Below are positions 49,601 through 60,666 of a DNA stretch of 64,000 bases, one piece after another. The stretch is from Eledone cirrhosa (taxonomy: Eukaryota). Position 1 is the first letter of the stretch. The number at the start of each line of letters is the position of its first letter. The stretch lies in the NCBI GenBank assembly GCA_964016885.1, contig OZ024745.1, forward strand, positions 67,766,001 to 67,830,000. The letters are read 5' to 3'. The notes under the pieces were generated by a model. The model made no database searches, had not been told where the DNA came from, and saw only the letters and a list, made by a program, of their open reading frames with translations. A program made the position numbers and the translations under genes.

Positions 49601-49713
49601 TCTTCAGGCTCTCCATCCTGAGCAGTGGATAGCATCTGGTCAATTCCACTGTCTCGTTTTATCTGGACGGTGGGCCCCATCGCAGGAGGAGGTAACTCAC
49701 ATGCTTCACTCAT
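43603..49713 (-). CDS. ZNF800-like C2H2/C2HC zinc-finger protein, 2036 aa, single coding exon
   Basis: Uninterrupted ORF. The N-terminal ECDIILECKVCRNLFRTMKSFLDHKKVSC resembles the ZNF800 N-terminal finger. Seven more fingers (CPDC, CPIC, CPYC, CSFC, CYSC, CLEC, CRLC) and an AT-hook-like KPRGRPR. A TTTCAG acceptor 13 nt upstream of the ATG (exon start 49726) implies upstream exon(s). Confidence 0.88.
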   Translation of the reverse strand: MSEACELPPPAMGPTVQIKRDSGIDQMLSTAQDGEPEEKHCLSYECDIILECKVCRNLFRTMKSFLDHKKVSCLQYLISFDVPVPRKEKEIDKSTSENARPATNEKSNEIPPSAKEPSPEKPISKTVDPKSKVKADSSESIEPKSSEVPPKEEVKPVENNDPMKLRNSHKKDVQNKESVISKKDDKDTATNQKRGSSHKKESIPQKRKDSVSDKRDSSSSKRQSLSEKKDTIPQKRNSSSHRRDVTPSRRESSSHRRESSAHRRESASHRRDSSSHRRDNSSEKREATHKKDLSSEKRETSQHRRERRESTSAKQEKQSSSSEKESSHKKELEKRGSVTQKKESLDKKRQPPPRKVNTNSLKDTSEKMDVSKDESSGGVEKIEVTIGTRSAVAKNLTTQTQKGNSHVEKMEVDEKNETSTIKQKDAQVPNNAAIQKNDTAEKKDVGSSTKDTVAEKKGITVKTKDVAVEKNDVPTEKKDVAVEKNDVPTEKKDVAVEKNDVPTEKKDVAVEKNDVPTEKKDVAVEKNDVPTEKKDVAVEKNDVPTEKKDVAVQQEKGSVQVKEADAEKTSSTTIQKKNTVSEKANVNLDKENSMVENKDSQEKSSIVTRKKDSTPEKKIVVESKSSSFPEKPFSIGKKVIIVEKKTIATETKPTTSQEKAVTAEKKESSDQKKDVATDPKPVMKKDNSSGVQKRDMATETKPMEKRNSTGVQKKDMATEPKPVEKKDNSAQKKDMATETRSVERKDSIGVQKRDMATETKPVEKKDSSGVQKRDMATETKPVEKKDSSSVQRKDMATETKPVERKDSTGVQKKDMATEPKPVEKKDNSFQKKDMATGTKPVERKDSIGVQKRDMATETKPVERKDSSGVQKRDMATETKPVEKKPSIVQRRDMATETRDSTITTGDVKKVVVTAAVKSDENNMTLKKVTSSEKSTEQVAAVNSASASNQTEPIVDKNDTPTLVAKNKDADKKNESNQDANSQVLGEPQNISIPNTSELKDVNESNKNDASDKLNPLIAGVLDAYQRFKEDKTQSQPKAGDPASKTNELDIVLDVNDKNVQPEKEKEAGAAEKDAAAADKPKTSGELDLDNKDLNDPERYELRNRLRCPDCGLELTNMTKLANHMSKHLAESRGHFVCPICQKETRLETFSDLILHLRDPHFLKDKQLLPMWRNLMKNCWVDEQDMSASFPVIEAVKRSERSNEEAMPEKNYKCPYCKRKPKILRYFSGLIGHLRSAHGLKRHQIQKIQTKLRKTSVVEVVHKKEIKNKRRMLFKCSFCSKTFRKKSTIKVHVKTCKKRPAVSVKETKNKKPRGRPRTFTKIVSYKTKKDHRPADGTGIAHHVPGSNIEKLSGERPLRSELLENQNAAANREMEHCIDLNLIQPVKLETFWVSKTPGKPSECVKSTVTNLEKLCQTPSKIFKSELTKIGNFQCYSCKRYYSVRQHFERHVQLCTQNRRIEEISDFQALRCLECNQTFSYLQHLKRHAAKHLGLDRFRCRLCNYSSYYWSDTKCHLTHHKDIDFRSPEYYIVSVSSSEYATPAETSNYYGHHAKKIERSQPVLKRRYESPSQSSSGSGVVKTLVLTEQDGMLKVVSDPNQIAKMVGQQGSPPLKRLRIATDVTQSPAIMKALPEIQKAIMTPSPEKRESTLLTKNLPSPTLSDPTPSAELFEPATDPDKQHQSWVRKPLKDPAAQPFTWDDDEEEESMIESTLMKASNNSNIASSTSEDNKVTTNKLLSTDNLKKSQGPNISETIDETLKAVNAIAVTQEKLMPDQFSEPPKLKKEVPVESVRYTVRDIKVEDNLQMPSISGPEIAVNSSSTASDTVMTVMFNENNDMILVSPNSSNSHQGSSSHKEYFKVSHPVLSQVISPSQSSSSHPSYVSTSYSKSPLSTVVSKSSPKTLNKPKTMWDMQHKNALRRLPTRGLVSTSTLAFPSASRRITKSPVSASSPSPTTTPTKPTTTTATTTPTPTPTSTPTPTSTPTPTPAPASTPASAQALTPAPVATTTYVTVMTEANATPVNTSTTSSQSQSIPTTK
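47020..47700 (-). repeat. Coding 57-60-bp tandem repeat (KRDMATETKPVERKDSSGVQ-like x12)
   Basis: Twelve MATE/VATD/MATG units in the ORF translation. Confidence 0.95.
48058..48322 (-). repeat. Coding 42-bp tandem repeat (KKDVAVEKNDVPTE x6)
   Basis: Copies appear identical at the DNA level, including synonymous sites. Confidence 0.97.
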
Positions 49714-49777
49714 GATGAATTAATATCTGAAACATAATGAAAATAATCTTAATTAACATGAAAAATAAGCATTTTTT

Positions 49778-49813
<36 letters not shown>

Positions 49814-49884
49814 AAAACGAATGTATCATCAAAATTTTACATGTTTATCTATTAAATTATAAACACGTTAACCCCTCTGCCAAT

Positions 49885-50846
49885 GAAGTTGTTACAGCAT
49901 GCCCCTGTGTAAGTTTATCTGACCTCCTATGAGGTCGTTACGGCACACACCTGTATAGGTTTAGCTGACCTCCTATGAGGTTGTTACATCACACACCTGT
50001 ATAGGTTTAGCTGACCTCCTATGAGGTTGTTACATCACACAACTGTGTAGGTTTAGCTGACCTCCTATGATTGTTACATCACACACCTGTATAGGTTTAG
50101 CTGACCTCCTATGAGATTGTTACATCACACACCTGTATAGGTTTAGCTGACCTCCTATGAGATTGTTACATCACACACCTGTATAGGTTTAGCTGACCTC
50201 CTATGAGATTGTTACATCAAACACCTGTATAGGTTTAGCTGACCTCCTATGAGATTGTTACATCAAACACCTGTATAGGTTTAGCTGACCTCCTATGAGA
50301 TTGTTACATCACACACCTGCATAGGTTTAGCTGACCTCCTATGAGATTGTTACATCACACACCTGTATAGGTTTAGCTGACCTCCTATGAGATTGTTACA
50401 TCACACCTGTATAGGTTTAGCTGACCTATGAGATTGTTACATCACACACCTGTATAGGTTTAGCTGACCTCCTATGAAGTTGTTACATCACACACCTGTA
50501 TAGGTTTAGCTGACCTCCTATGAGATTGTTACATCACACCTGTATAGGTTTAGCTGACCTATGAGATTGTTACATCACACACCTGTATAGGTTTAGCTGA
50601 CCTCCTATGAGGTTGTTACAGCACACACCTGTATAGGTTTAGGTGACCTCCTATGAGGTCCTTACAGCACACACCTGTATAGGTTTAGCTGACCTCCTAT
50701 GAGGTTGTTACAGCACACACCTGTATAGGTTTAGCTGACCTCCTATGAGGTTGTTACAGCACACACCTGTATAGGTTTAGCTGACCTCCTATGAGGTTGT
50801 TACAGCACACACCTGTATAAGTTTAGCTGACCTCCTATGAGGTTGT
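49885..50846. repeat. 46-bp minisatellite (GTTACATCACACACCTGTATAGGTTTAGCTGACCTCCTATGAGATT), ~21 copies
   Basis: CTGACC recurs at 50101 and 50147; begins ~160 bp into the intron upstream of the zinc-finger exon. Confidence 0.95.
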
Positions 50847-51254
50847 TTAAAAGAGTGAATTGAAGCATCTTACTCAATAACACAATGCATCATTCGGGGT
50901 CCAGGAATTGAACCATGAAATTAAATGTATGTATATTATACATAAACATATTCTATATGGGTTTTTATACACCTTTAGTTACTTGCTACTGAAATTTGGA
51001 AATTTAGGGAAGCAGGTCAAACGAATTTCAATAAATTATACATCACGGAGTTATGCCCCTTGTTTACTGATCCTGTTTGCATTGAGTTTCGTTACCTGCC
51101 AAGTTTGCCAGATCAATTCCAAAAGAAGCATAGTTAAAAACAACCCAAACTCAAAATTTTGCTAGTAAATTAAATTTCTTTAAAAATGCACACAAGAATT
51201 GTATGCAATTCCATAACCATATTTCTAATGACAACCTATGATTTTCGAACTTTG

Positions 51255-51758
51255 TAAATAATCAAGACTTTAGAGAGATTTAGTAATGTAACTAGGGATA
51301 CAAAATAATCAAGAATTAGAGGGATTTAGTAATGTGACTAGGGATACAAAATAATTGAGAATTAGAGGGATTTGGTAATGTAACTAGGGATACAAAATAA
51401 TCAAGAATTAGAGGGATTTAGTAATGTGATTAAGGATACAAAATAATCAAAAAATTAGAGGGATTTAGTAATGTAACTAGGGATACAAAATAATCAAGAA
51501 TTACAGGGCTTTAGTAATGTGACTAAGGATACAAAATAATCAGGAATTTAGGGATTTAGCAATGTGACTAGGGATACAAAATAATCATGAATTACAGCGC
51601 TTTAATAATGTAACTAGGGATACAAAATAATCGAGAATTAGAGAGATTTAGTAATGTGACTAGGGATACAAAATATTCGAGAATTAGAGGGATTTGGTAA
51701 TGTGACTAAGGATACAAAATAATCAAGAATTTAGGGATTTAGTAATGTAACTAGGGAC
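51255..51758. repeat. 46-bp minisatellite (AAAATAATCAAGAATTAGAGGGATTTAGTAATGTGACTAGGGATAC), ~11 copies
   Basis: CAAAATAAT recurs at 51301 and 51347. Confidence 0.95.
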
Positions 51759-51875
51759 ACACAGTTAAACAAAATGGATAACTACAGATTAATCAGCTTT
51801 ACTATATTGACCGATACCAATTAATCAATCGCCAATTATCTAGAATGTAATTATGCATACTAGAATTAATTATAA

Positions 51876-52433
51876 TCTATATTATAATAAGAATGCTGTC
51901 TGTCTGTCTGTCCCTCTGTCCATCACACTCATTTTATAGAGAGAGGGGGAGTGCCAAGCAAGTGATATGTACATAGATAGAGAAAAGGGAACGCCATGTA
52001 TTTTCGAGGTAACAGAAAGAGATAGATAGACAGAAAGTTACGACATCGCCCTCATCTATATAGAGAGAGGGTGAGCACCAAGCAAAAGAGATGTACATAA
52101 ATAGAGAGTGTGTAGGGAGAAGACGATGTCGCTCTCATCTAGTATCTACTAATACAATAGCCTTGTGTATTTGTCCGTAACGCAGTAGTGATGACTGAGG
52201 AAGAGAGGGGTGATGACAAACTCCAGAAAACGTCTGTGTGTGTGTGTGTATATGTATAGCGGATTGGCTACACACATTGGCTGTTATGATTATGTGAGTG
52301 TTTGTGTGGGTGTGTGTATATGTGAGTTTGTGTAAAGAAATATTTATATATGATATTTGTGAGTGTATGTGTTTGTGTGTGTTTGTTTAGAAATATACAT
52401 AGACAATAGAATTACAAACACACACGAATCTAC

Positions 52434-52466
<33 letters not shown>

Positions 52467-52667
52467 GACACACTTAAACTCACATAGCTGTGATGACTGA
52501 AAAAAGAAGGGGTGAGAAACTATAGGAGTCCAGCATTCTAAGATTTGTCACAGCTGTGTGTTTGTATCACTTGTGTGAATGAACAAAGAAACAATCATCT
52601 CTTTTTTTATATTATGTATAGATATTACAATTAGCCGTCATTTTTGAAGGCACAGGGCCAGCTAGTA
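51876..52667 (+). mobile_element. Non-autonomous Helitron/HINE-like element(s)
   Basis: Starts TCTATATTATAATAAG followed by (CTGT)n; a second similar 5' end at ~52145; ends with a short GC-rich segment and CTAGT. Confidence 0.55.
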
Positions 52668-54005
52668 TAATACTTCATAATTAATCACAATTATGGAAGC
52701 TACTGTTTGAGAGAACATGATGACAAAATTAGGCTGATTTTACCATAGGAAGTCATAGGAAATAACGTAAAAGTGCCAACAAGAAATTGGGTATGATTGG
52801 TTATGAATGGAGACATTTTTTATGTTTTTACATTATAATCTTCTTTGTCCACTTATTCCTGAAAGGGGCAGAGTCCTAAAATACTCCTTCCGGCAGGTCC
52901 TGTCAGAAGCAACCGTTTCCAACTGATCTGGCTGGATCCCCAATCCCCAAGCATGACCAGCCAAGCTCATGGATGTTATCCAACCAGAGACTACCCCTAG
53001 CTATCTAGTTGGTTTTGCCCATAAAATCTGTCCACCGATTTTTCCTGATACATTCTAACCACATGCCCATCAAATTCGGAGAAGTAGTGGCTCTACCTGG
53101 ATCTCCGAGTTACGCACTCTATCGAGTAACGTTACCCTAAAGACCCTTCAGAGGAACTCCATTTCGGCTGCTTGTATTCGGTCATTACCCAAGATTCATA
53201 ACCATAGGTAAGGGTTGGCACACATACCGAATTAAAGATAGCGAGGTTGGCTTTTAAACAGTCTGTAAAGTTCTTTTTATTTGTGTTTAAAGAAGGGTAT
53301 ATGATTATATAATTCTACATCTATATTTCAAGAATACTACAATATTGGTCAACTACATTTGGAAATGAAAAGAAAAAGCTTTAGCCTACTGTATTAATTG
53401 GAAGAAAAAAATGTGGCCTAAGCACAGCAGAGAAGAGGAAAATCCTCAAAAACTTAATAGACAAAGCTTTTATTTAAACACCAGATCAGAAATGCTTGAA
53501 AAATACAGACAATTTGAAAAACACCAACCAACTAGAGCATTTATGTACAAACAGCAGATACTGCTTCACTTAAAACTTTCTTTGCTTTTTCTTCTTCCAG
53601 CTTTCCTCCCTCCTATCATTCACATATTTTATTTTCATATTTTTCTCCCTAGATATATCTTCCCCTTCATATTATATAACCCCTCACTCTCTCTTTGACA
53701 GAGGTTAATTTCCCTTAATCTCTTTTAAAATTTTTGTTTCCCCTCATTTTCCAACTATCATATTTGCCAGTGATTTTAATATCAGAATCAAGAGTAAATA
53801 ACTCACAACGCCTCAAGAGGTGTGAGTTATTTCCACTTGATGTACAGTTTTCTCCTCTATGAAAATAGAAGTTAGGAAACTTCAAAATATTTCACATATT
53901 CACACACACACACACACACACACGTGACATTTTGAACATAGATACACGAACATAATATATATACACACATTCTTAGAGCGAGAAACAAAACAGATCATTG
54001 TATCA

Positions 54006-54134
54006 TTTATAGTGCTTCTGAAGATGTACAATATTTAATAATGCTTTGTTACTCAATATTTTTCTTCTTTAACTAAATCGAAATAACAAGCATTAGTCGA
54101 ATAAGGTGTACTGAAACATTTGTAAAGCTATAAA
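54006..54134 (+). ncRNA. Type I hammerhead ribozyme motif with extended stem II (family 4)
   Basis: TTTATAGTGCTT-CTGAAGA-T-GTACA...(internal TAATGCTTTGTTA/TAACAAGCATTA hairpin)...TGTAC-T-GAAAC-ATTT-GTA-AAGCTATAAA, followed by (TA)n. Confidence 0.6.
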
Positions 54135-54156
54135 CAGCATGACCCTACCAAAGTAT

Positions 54157-54207
<51 letters not shown>

Positions 54208-54222
54208 AACACACACATCCTA

Positions 54223-54257
<35 letters not shown>

Positions 54258-54264
54258 TACATAA

Positions 54265-55092
54265 GTACCTAGTTAAAGGTAAGCCGCTCTATCTAGCATT
54301 TGTTGATTTGGAGAAGGCTTTTTGAGTCCCCCATGCTATAATCTGGTGGGCTCTTAGAAAACTATGAGTAGATGAGTGGCTTGTGAAGGCTGTACAAGCC
54401 ATGTGTAGGGGAGCAGTCAGCAAAGTGACTATAGTGAGGAATTTAGCGTGCAGGTTGGCATCCACCAGGGCTCTGTTCTTAGCCCTCTCCTGTTTATTGT
54501 TGTACTGCAGGCTATAACAGAGGAGTTTAAGGTGGCTGCCCTTAGGAACTCCTGTATGTAGATGATCTTACACTCACAGAGTGTAAGATCATCTACATAC
54601 AGGAATTGGAAGAAAAATTCAAACCTGAAAGCACAGCCTACAAACAGGGTCTTCAAGTCAACCTGACAAAGACTAAGATCCTAGTAAGTAGAAGGGAAAA
54701 CAGAGCCTGATCCCCTTGGGGAAATGGCCTTGCTCAGTGTGTAGGAAAGGTGTAGGTAGAAATTCCATTCTCTGTCCCAAATGAAAACTATGGGTACACA
54801 AGAGATTTAGTGGGATCTCAGGTAGTCTAGCTAAGAATGTAGGTTTTACATGTAGCTGTTGCACAGGAGCAGTAAGCATCAAACAACCAAAGGAAACAAG
54901 CACTATCAAATTCTGGGAAGGTTCGGTAGAAGCAGTAAATAGCTTATGCTACCTGGGCAACCAAATTAGCAGTGGAGGAGGGTGTTCCAAAAGTACAGTA
55001 GCCACAGTGAGAATGGAATGGAAGAAGTTCAGGGAGCCACTACCGCTGCTGGCTACAAAAGGCTTTTCCCTCAAAATGAAAAGCAGATTATT
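54265..55092 (+). mobile_element. Decayed RTE-clade LINE reverse-transcriptase fragment
   Basis: Hand translation gives LYLAFVDLEKAF, VGIHQGSVLSPLLF, LLYVDDL and WKKFREPLP with frameshifts. Other RTE fragments at ~29970-30120, 32830-33140, 38400-38770, 57130-57560 and 63400-63730. Confidence 0.85.
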
Positions 55093-56256
55093 ACATCATA
55101 GGACTATGTACTCAATGAATTAGCAAGTAAATGACTGAATATTCCACAAACATGTGTACTCAATGTAATTTTGAAGTAGAATTAACATGACAAGGCTGGA
55201 TCTTTGAATCAGTCGGTCAAAGGCTGTATAAGAATGTGCTTGTCCAAAGTGCTGAGCAGTAGGATCAAATCCGAAATGACGTGATTAAGAAGTGAACTTA
55301 ACCAGACATGCATGGGCCTCTGTCAGCATGGAAAAACTGCCATAAAATGATGATATACATAAATACATGTGCATGACTCATATGTTTACACAGCTTAACA
55401 ACCAGTGGTGTATGTTTATGTACAGTAACTTGTTCAATCAACAAGCTTAACTCTTTAGCATTTACATTATTCTATATTTACTATTATATTTTTCACAGTA
55501 AAGGCTTTATCTCACATAATATCGAATCTACGAGATTTTGATGCTATTTATTTTGAGAACAATAACTTAACATCAGTATGAGTGGCCAGTTACAGCCGGT
55601 TTGAACAGAAAGAGGTGAGAGAGTTCTGGCCAGATATGGCCAGTTTAAATGCTAAAGGGTTAAATATGGTGAGGAGGCATAATTGAGAAATACAGTAGTT
55701 TTGTGACAAAAACAAACAAGCAAACAGAATGATTCTTTTTTTTTTGGCACACATGCTTATAATACAATTAATCAACTTCTTAGAAATGGTACCATGATGT
55801 CATAGCTGTGGCAAAGAGAGAGAGAATACAACAATTAAAACAAATTCCTCATCATTATCATTTTTGTCAATGTTCCATGCTGGCATTGGTGGGATAGGTT
55901 ATATTAATTTCGAAAATAATCAAGAATTTAGAGAGATTTAATAATATTACTAACCCTTTAGCATTTACATTACTCTATATTTACTATTGTATTTTCAAGA
56001 TAAACATCTCACATAATATCGAATCCGTGAGATTTTGATATTTACTTTGAGAACAATACCTTAACATAAGTATATGCAGCTGGTTTGAACAGAAAAAGGT
56101 GAGAGAATTCTGGCCGGATACGGTCGGTTTAAATGCTAAAAGGTTAGGCTCATATTTAAAACATAACTTAACAAACGTTCTTGCATAAAATTATAATACA
56201 AGGGTTTTAGGTAAACATAAATAGTTTTATATCATAGAATCAGGAGCAGTTTTGGG

Positions 56257-56960
56257 TAAATTGGTAACAAAAGGGTTAAAGAATAAATACAAAACTCAAG
56301 AATATATGTTACCTTTATAGCAAATCTTTTACATAATAAACATAAAATTGCAGGAGTTCTGGATAAAAGATAAGACATGGCTGACTTTCATAAGTCAAAT
56401 CTATCATTTTATGATCACAAAACTGATTAATTGCTATTTTATTTTATCATTTTTTTTTACTTGTTAGGTTGTGAAGGTACAAGCCTAATAATTAGGGTGT
56501 TGTGAGTCTGATTCCAAAACAGATTAGTATAATATACCAGTCAAATATTGGGGTTGATTTTATCAACTTGGCCCATCCCCAAAACATTTGCTGGCCTTAG
56601 AAATCAATATTAGAATACTATAAACATAACAGATCATCATCATCATCATTTCATTTTACGTCTGCTTTTTCCCCTGCTTTTAAGGTTGGGACGGGAACTG
56701 ATTCTGGCTTGATTTCTACAGCTGGATACCCTTCCTAACACCAACCTCATTTACAGTGAGTGCTGGGTGCTTTTTTGTTGTAGCACCTCCACGACCACTT
56801 TGCAGTGGAATGCTAGGGACCCCAGTCCCTATCATCTCATTTCTACAGCTGAGTAAACTGGAGCAATGTGAAATAAAGTGTCTTGCTCAAGGAAACAACA
56901 CATCACCCGGTCTGAGAATTGAACTCACAACCTTTCGATTGCAAGGCCAATGCTCTAACC
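56257..56960 (-). repeat. Partner of the 18011-18711 duplication
   Basis: Reverse complement of 18011-18711 with a few substitutions and a 3-bp indel (GCAGGAGTTCT vs GCAGTTCT). Confidence 0.95.
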
Positions 56961-57763
56961 AAGTCAATGATTCCTAAACTTATTTTGTAATGGAACCCTT
57001 ACATTAATTTCTAACAATTTAAGAATCCATACCTATATTTTACAGACAATTTCCACCATCATAGTTTTAATAGGATAATAAATGAAACACCTAGTTATCT
57101 CTAGTGTGGAAATCTAGACTTCCAGAAAACCTGAAAAGGTGCCCACCTCTGTTCTATTGTATGGCTGTTCAGCATGGACTCTTACCTCAAAACTGGAAAG
57201 AAGATTAGATGAAGCCTACACTTACATGCTAAGAGTAGCTTTGAATGTCATTTGGAGAAATTGTCTGACCAATGAACGACTGTATGGGAACCTTTGTCCA
57301 GTATCATAGACAACATGAAAGAGTGTAGAGTCAGATTCACAGAACATTGCTGGAGAGCTAAAGACGAAATTGTTAGTGAAGTTCTTTTGTGGGGGCCTAC
57401 ATAAGGAAGAGTTTGCAGAGAACAACAAGCCAAGACCTATACCAAGCAGATTTGTGATGACATAAACTGCAATCCCCCTAACCTGCTGAATATGATGAAC
57501 AATAGAAGTGGATGGCAACAGAGTCATGGAAATCTGTGCAAGCAATGCAACCTATTGATTGAAATGAAACAATTGTTTTATTCATATTTTTAAAAAAAGC
57601 ATATAAGTTTTATTAAAAGACACCTTATTTAGTGGAATACCAGAATTTTTCCACAGAACACACTTATAAAGTCTTTTAAATAGCATAAGATATAAAGTCT
57701 TTTAAATAGCATAAGATCCATCAAATCTTTTAACTTAAGAGAACTTTATAGTACTAATCATAT

Positions 57764-57950
57764 AATTGTTTCTACTTTAGGCACAAGGTCAGCAATTACC
57801 CAGTGCATTACTGGTACTTTATTTTATCGACCCTGTAAGGATGAAAGTCAAAGCAAACCTCGGCGGGATTTGAACTCAGATCGTAAAGGGACGTAACTAT
57901 GCTGGAAAGTATGGCGTCCGACACTCTACCGATACTGCCAATCCACCGCC
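57764..57950 (-). mobile_element. Full-length SINE family A with 16-bp target-site duplication
   Basis: Flanked by GTACTAATCATATAAT (57751 and 57952); a near-identical copy lies at 59560-59748. Confidence 0.9.
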
Positions 57951-60440
57951 TGTACTAATCATATAATGAGAAACAGAATCACTGGAGTTGATAAAATATA
58001 ACAAATTATTTAAAAATAAAAACTTATTAGTTTGGATGAAACCACCACAAATTTAAACCATTTTCACTTTATATTGATTCTTTTGATACCAACCTATGAC
58101 TCTATGAAACAAAATCACCCATTTTAGAAAATTGTTATTTGAGTTAAAACTTTCCAATATAACTTTAATAACCCCTCTCCTCCCACAAAAGAAAAGAAAA
58201 CTTCATTAATTAAATAAAATATAAAGTATATCATTAAAAATAAAGTAGTGAAAGTGTTAAAAATTTGGGTATTCTTTATGAAAGATCTCAGATTTATCTC
58301 CCTTGTAATATGTCTGCTCATACAAGTATGTTTAACATTGAATTACTGTAGGACTCAATTGACATTTAGAACACTTGATACTTGTTGTCTTATCTGGTAT
58401 ATTGCCATTGTTTGGAATCAAATATTTTAACTGACAGAAGAAAACATTTTAAATGCTTATAAAATATATCAAATTATATCTTTCATATGGGGAATGAGTA
58501 AAATCTAATTTTATCATTACTTCAGTTGGAAGAGTGGAGGATTGGCAGTGTCGGCAGAGCACCGGACAACATACTTTGTAGCATATAGTTACGGCCCTTT
58601 ATGCTCTGAGTTCAAATTCCGTCAAGGTTAACTTTTACTTGGACATTAATTTAGCCCTTTAGCATTTACATTACTCTATATATACTATTGTATTTTCACG
58701 GCAAACAGTTTACCTCACATAATATTGAATCTATGAGATTTTGATGTTATTTATTTTGAGAACAATACCTTAACATTAGTATCAGTGGCCAGTTACAGTA
58801 GGTTTGAACAGAAAGAAGTGAGAAAATTCTGGCTGGTTAAAATGCTAAAGGGTTAAACCTAAGGGTTTAAATTGATGTCTGAACTTGATTGATACTTTTA
58901 TCGGCTCCAAAACGATGAATGTCAAAGTCAACCATCACAAGAATTGAATTCAAAGGTCAACAAGATATAGCTAAATACAGCAGAGCATTTTGTCCAATGT
59001 CCTACTGAATCTAAGACCTATTTTAGGAAATATTGATAAGAAAAGGCAATCGTGGGAATATATTTCTATCAATTATTTTTTAACTCTTTTCCCAATTCTA
59101 ACATTCATTGAACTCTACTATTATTATATTTCCTTCTAAATTTTTTCTAATATCCTAGCAAAAACTGCATCACCAAGACTGGCCTTATTTTCTAGAGCCA
59201 GAAACCACTTCAACCTCTCAACATCTATTAACTGTCTACAAAGCGTAGGTGAGACCTACAACAGAGTACTGCTTCTACACACACGCATACCAACTTCCCT
59301 CTCACCTTTTCTACTGCAACTACAGTGGTTTCTCTTATATCTGGATGATCTTACTCCTTATCATTAACATCATCGTTTTTATGTCTGTTTTTCCCTGCTT
59401 GCATGGTTTATTACCTATATTTTCCCCCTTACACCCCTAAACATAGGTCCTTTGGAATTCTCTCCCAGCAGCTGTCAATTTACAACTATTCAATCTCCAT
59501 CTTAAAAGGTATGTAAAGGCTGTAGGCACAGCCCCTTCCCTTTACTAACCAAACAAATAATAATTGTTTCTACTTTAGGCACAAGGCCAGCAATTACCCA
59601 GTGCATTACTGGTACTTTATTTTATCGACCCCGTAAGGATGAAAGGCAAAGTCAACCTCGGCGGGATTTGAACTCAGATCGTAAAGGGACGTAACTATGC
59701 TGGAAAGCATGGCGTCCGACCCTCTACCGATACTGCCAATTCACCGCCCTATACAAATAATAATGATTTCTGATTTAAGTACAAGGCCAATGATTTTTGG
59801 GAAAGGAAAGTCAATTAAATCGACCCCAATACATTACTGGTACTTTATTTATCCAACCACGTATGAAAGGCAAAGCTAACTTCGGCGGGGTTTGAATCCA
59901 GAACGTAAAGGGTCGTAACTCTATGCCGCAAAGCAGGATGTCTGATGCCCTACTGATACTGTCAATCCACTGCCCTAATAATAATAATAATAAAAACCAC
60001 AAGTATTTATATGAAGGCTGTTAAATATGTTATATTAAACCATGTCAGAAAATAATAATACATTTACAGTAAATTACTCTATTATCAATATTTGTAATGT
60101 TATCTGTTAATTATTAGTTAAGCTAAGCTGTCGCCTCTCATTTCAGTATTATTCAGTCAAGCAGTCTGTTGCGTAATTGCTATTTAATAAATTTTTTAGA
60201 AATTGATTTACAATATTCTATTTTACTGTTTAATGAAGGGGTGGAAGGGCAGTGTCAATGATTCTTTTCAGAGTCTCTGATACATACAAGACACAGGGAG
60301 TATCCTCAAACCAGAGCCTCTGAGACTAGTGAGAAGGAGCAGGTACCCTTAAACCAGAGAGTAGGTTAGAATGCATGCAAATGGAGAATACTTTAATAAA
60401 GGCACTCAAAGAATGCGGAGGTATTAAACCAGGCAATGGA

Positions 60441-60666
60441 TTAACCCTTTAGTTACCAACCTGGTCAAAACCAGCCCTGGTTCTATGAAATAAAACCACC
60501 CATTTTAAAGGTTTCCAATTTAAATGAAAATCTTCCAATATAATTTTATATAAGAACCTTACATTAAGTTCCTATCTTACTAATGAAATAATTAATAATT
60601 TTAGAAAATCCCTTTGAAATCCTTCATTAATTAATTTCATTAGAAATACAGTCATGAAAGGGTTAT
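60441..60666. mobile_element. TTAA-flanked MITE, family M2
   Basis: TTAACCCTTTAGTTACC...GAAAGGGTTA. Related copies at ~126-520, 6740-6940, 7170-7293, 12165-12588, 34725-34940, 42830-43101, 56150-56279 and 58080-58260. Confidence 0.75.

Noticed and set aside
57665-57716. 26-bp direct duplication ATAAAGTCTTTTAAATAGCATAAGAT
   Set aside because: Simple local slippage duplication with no further structure.
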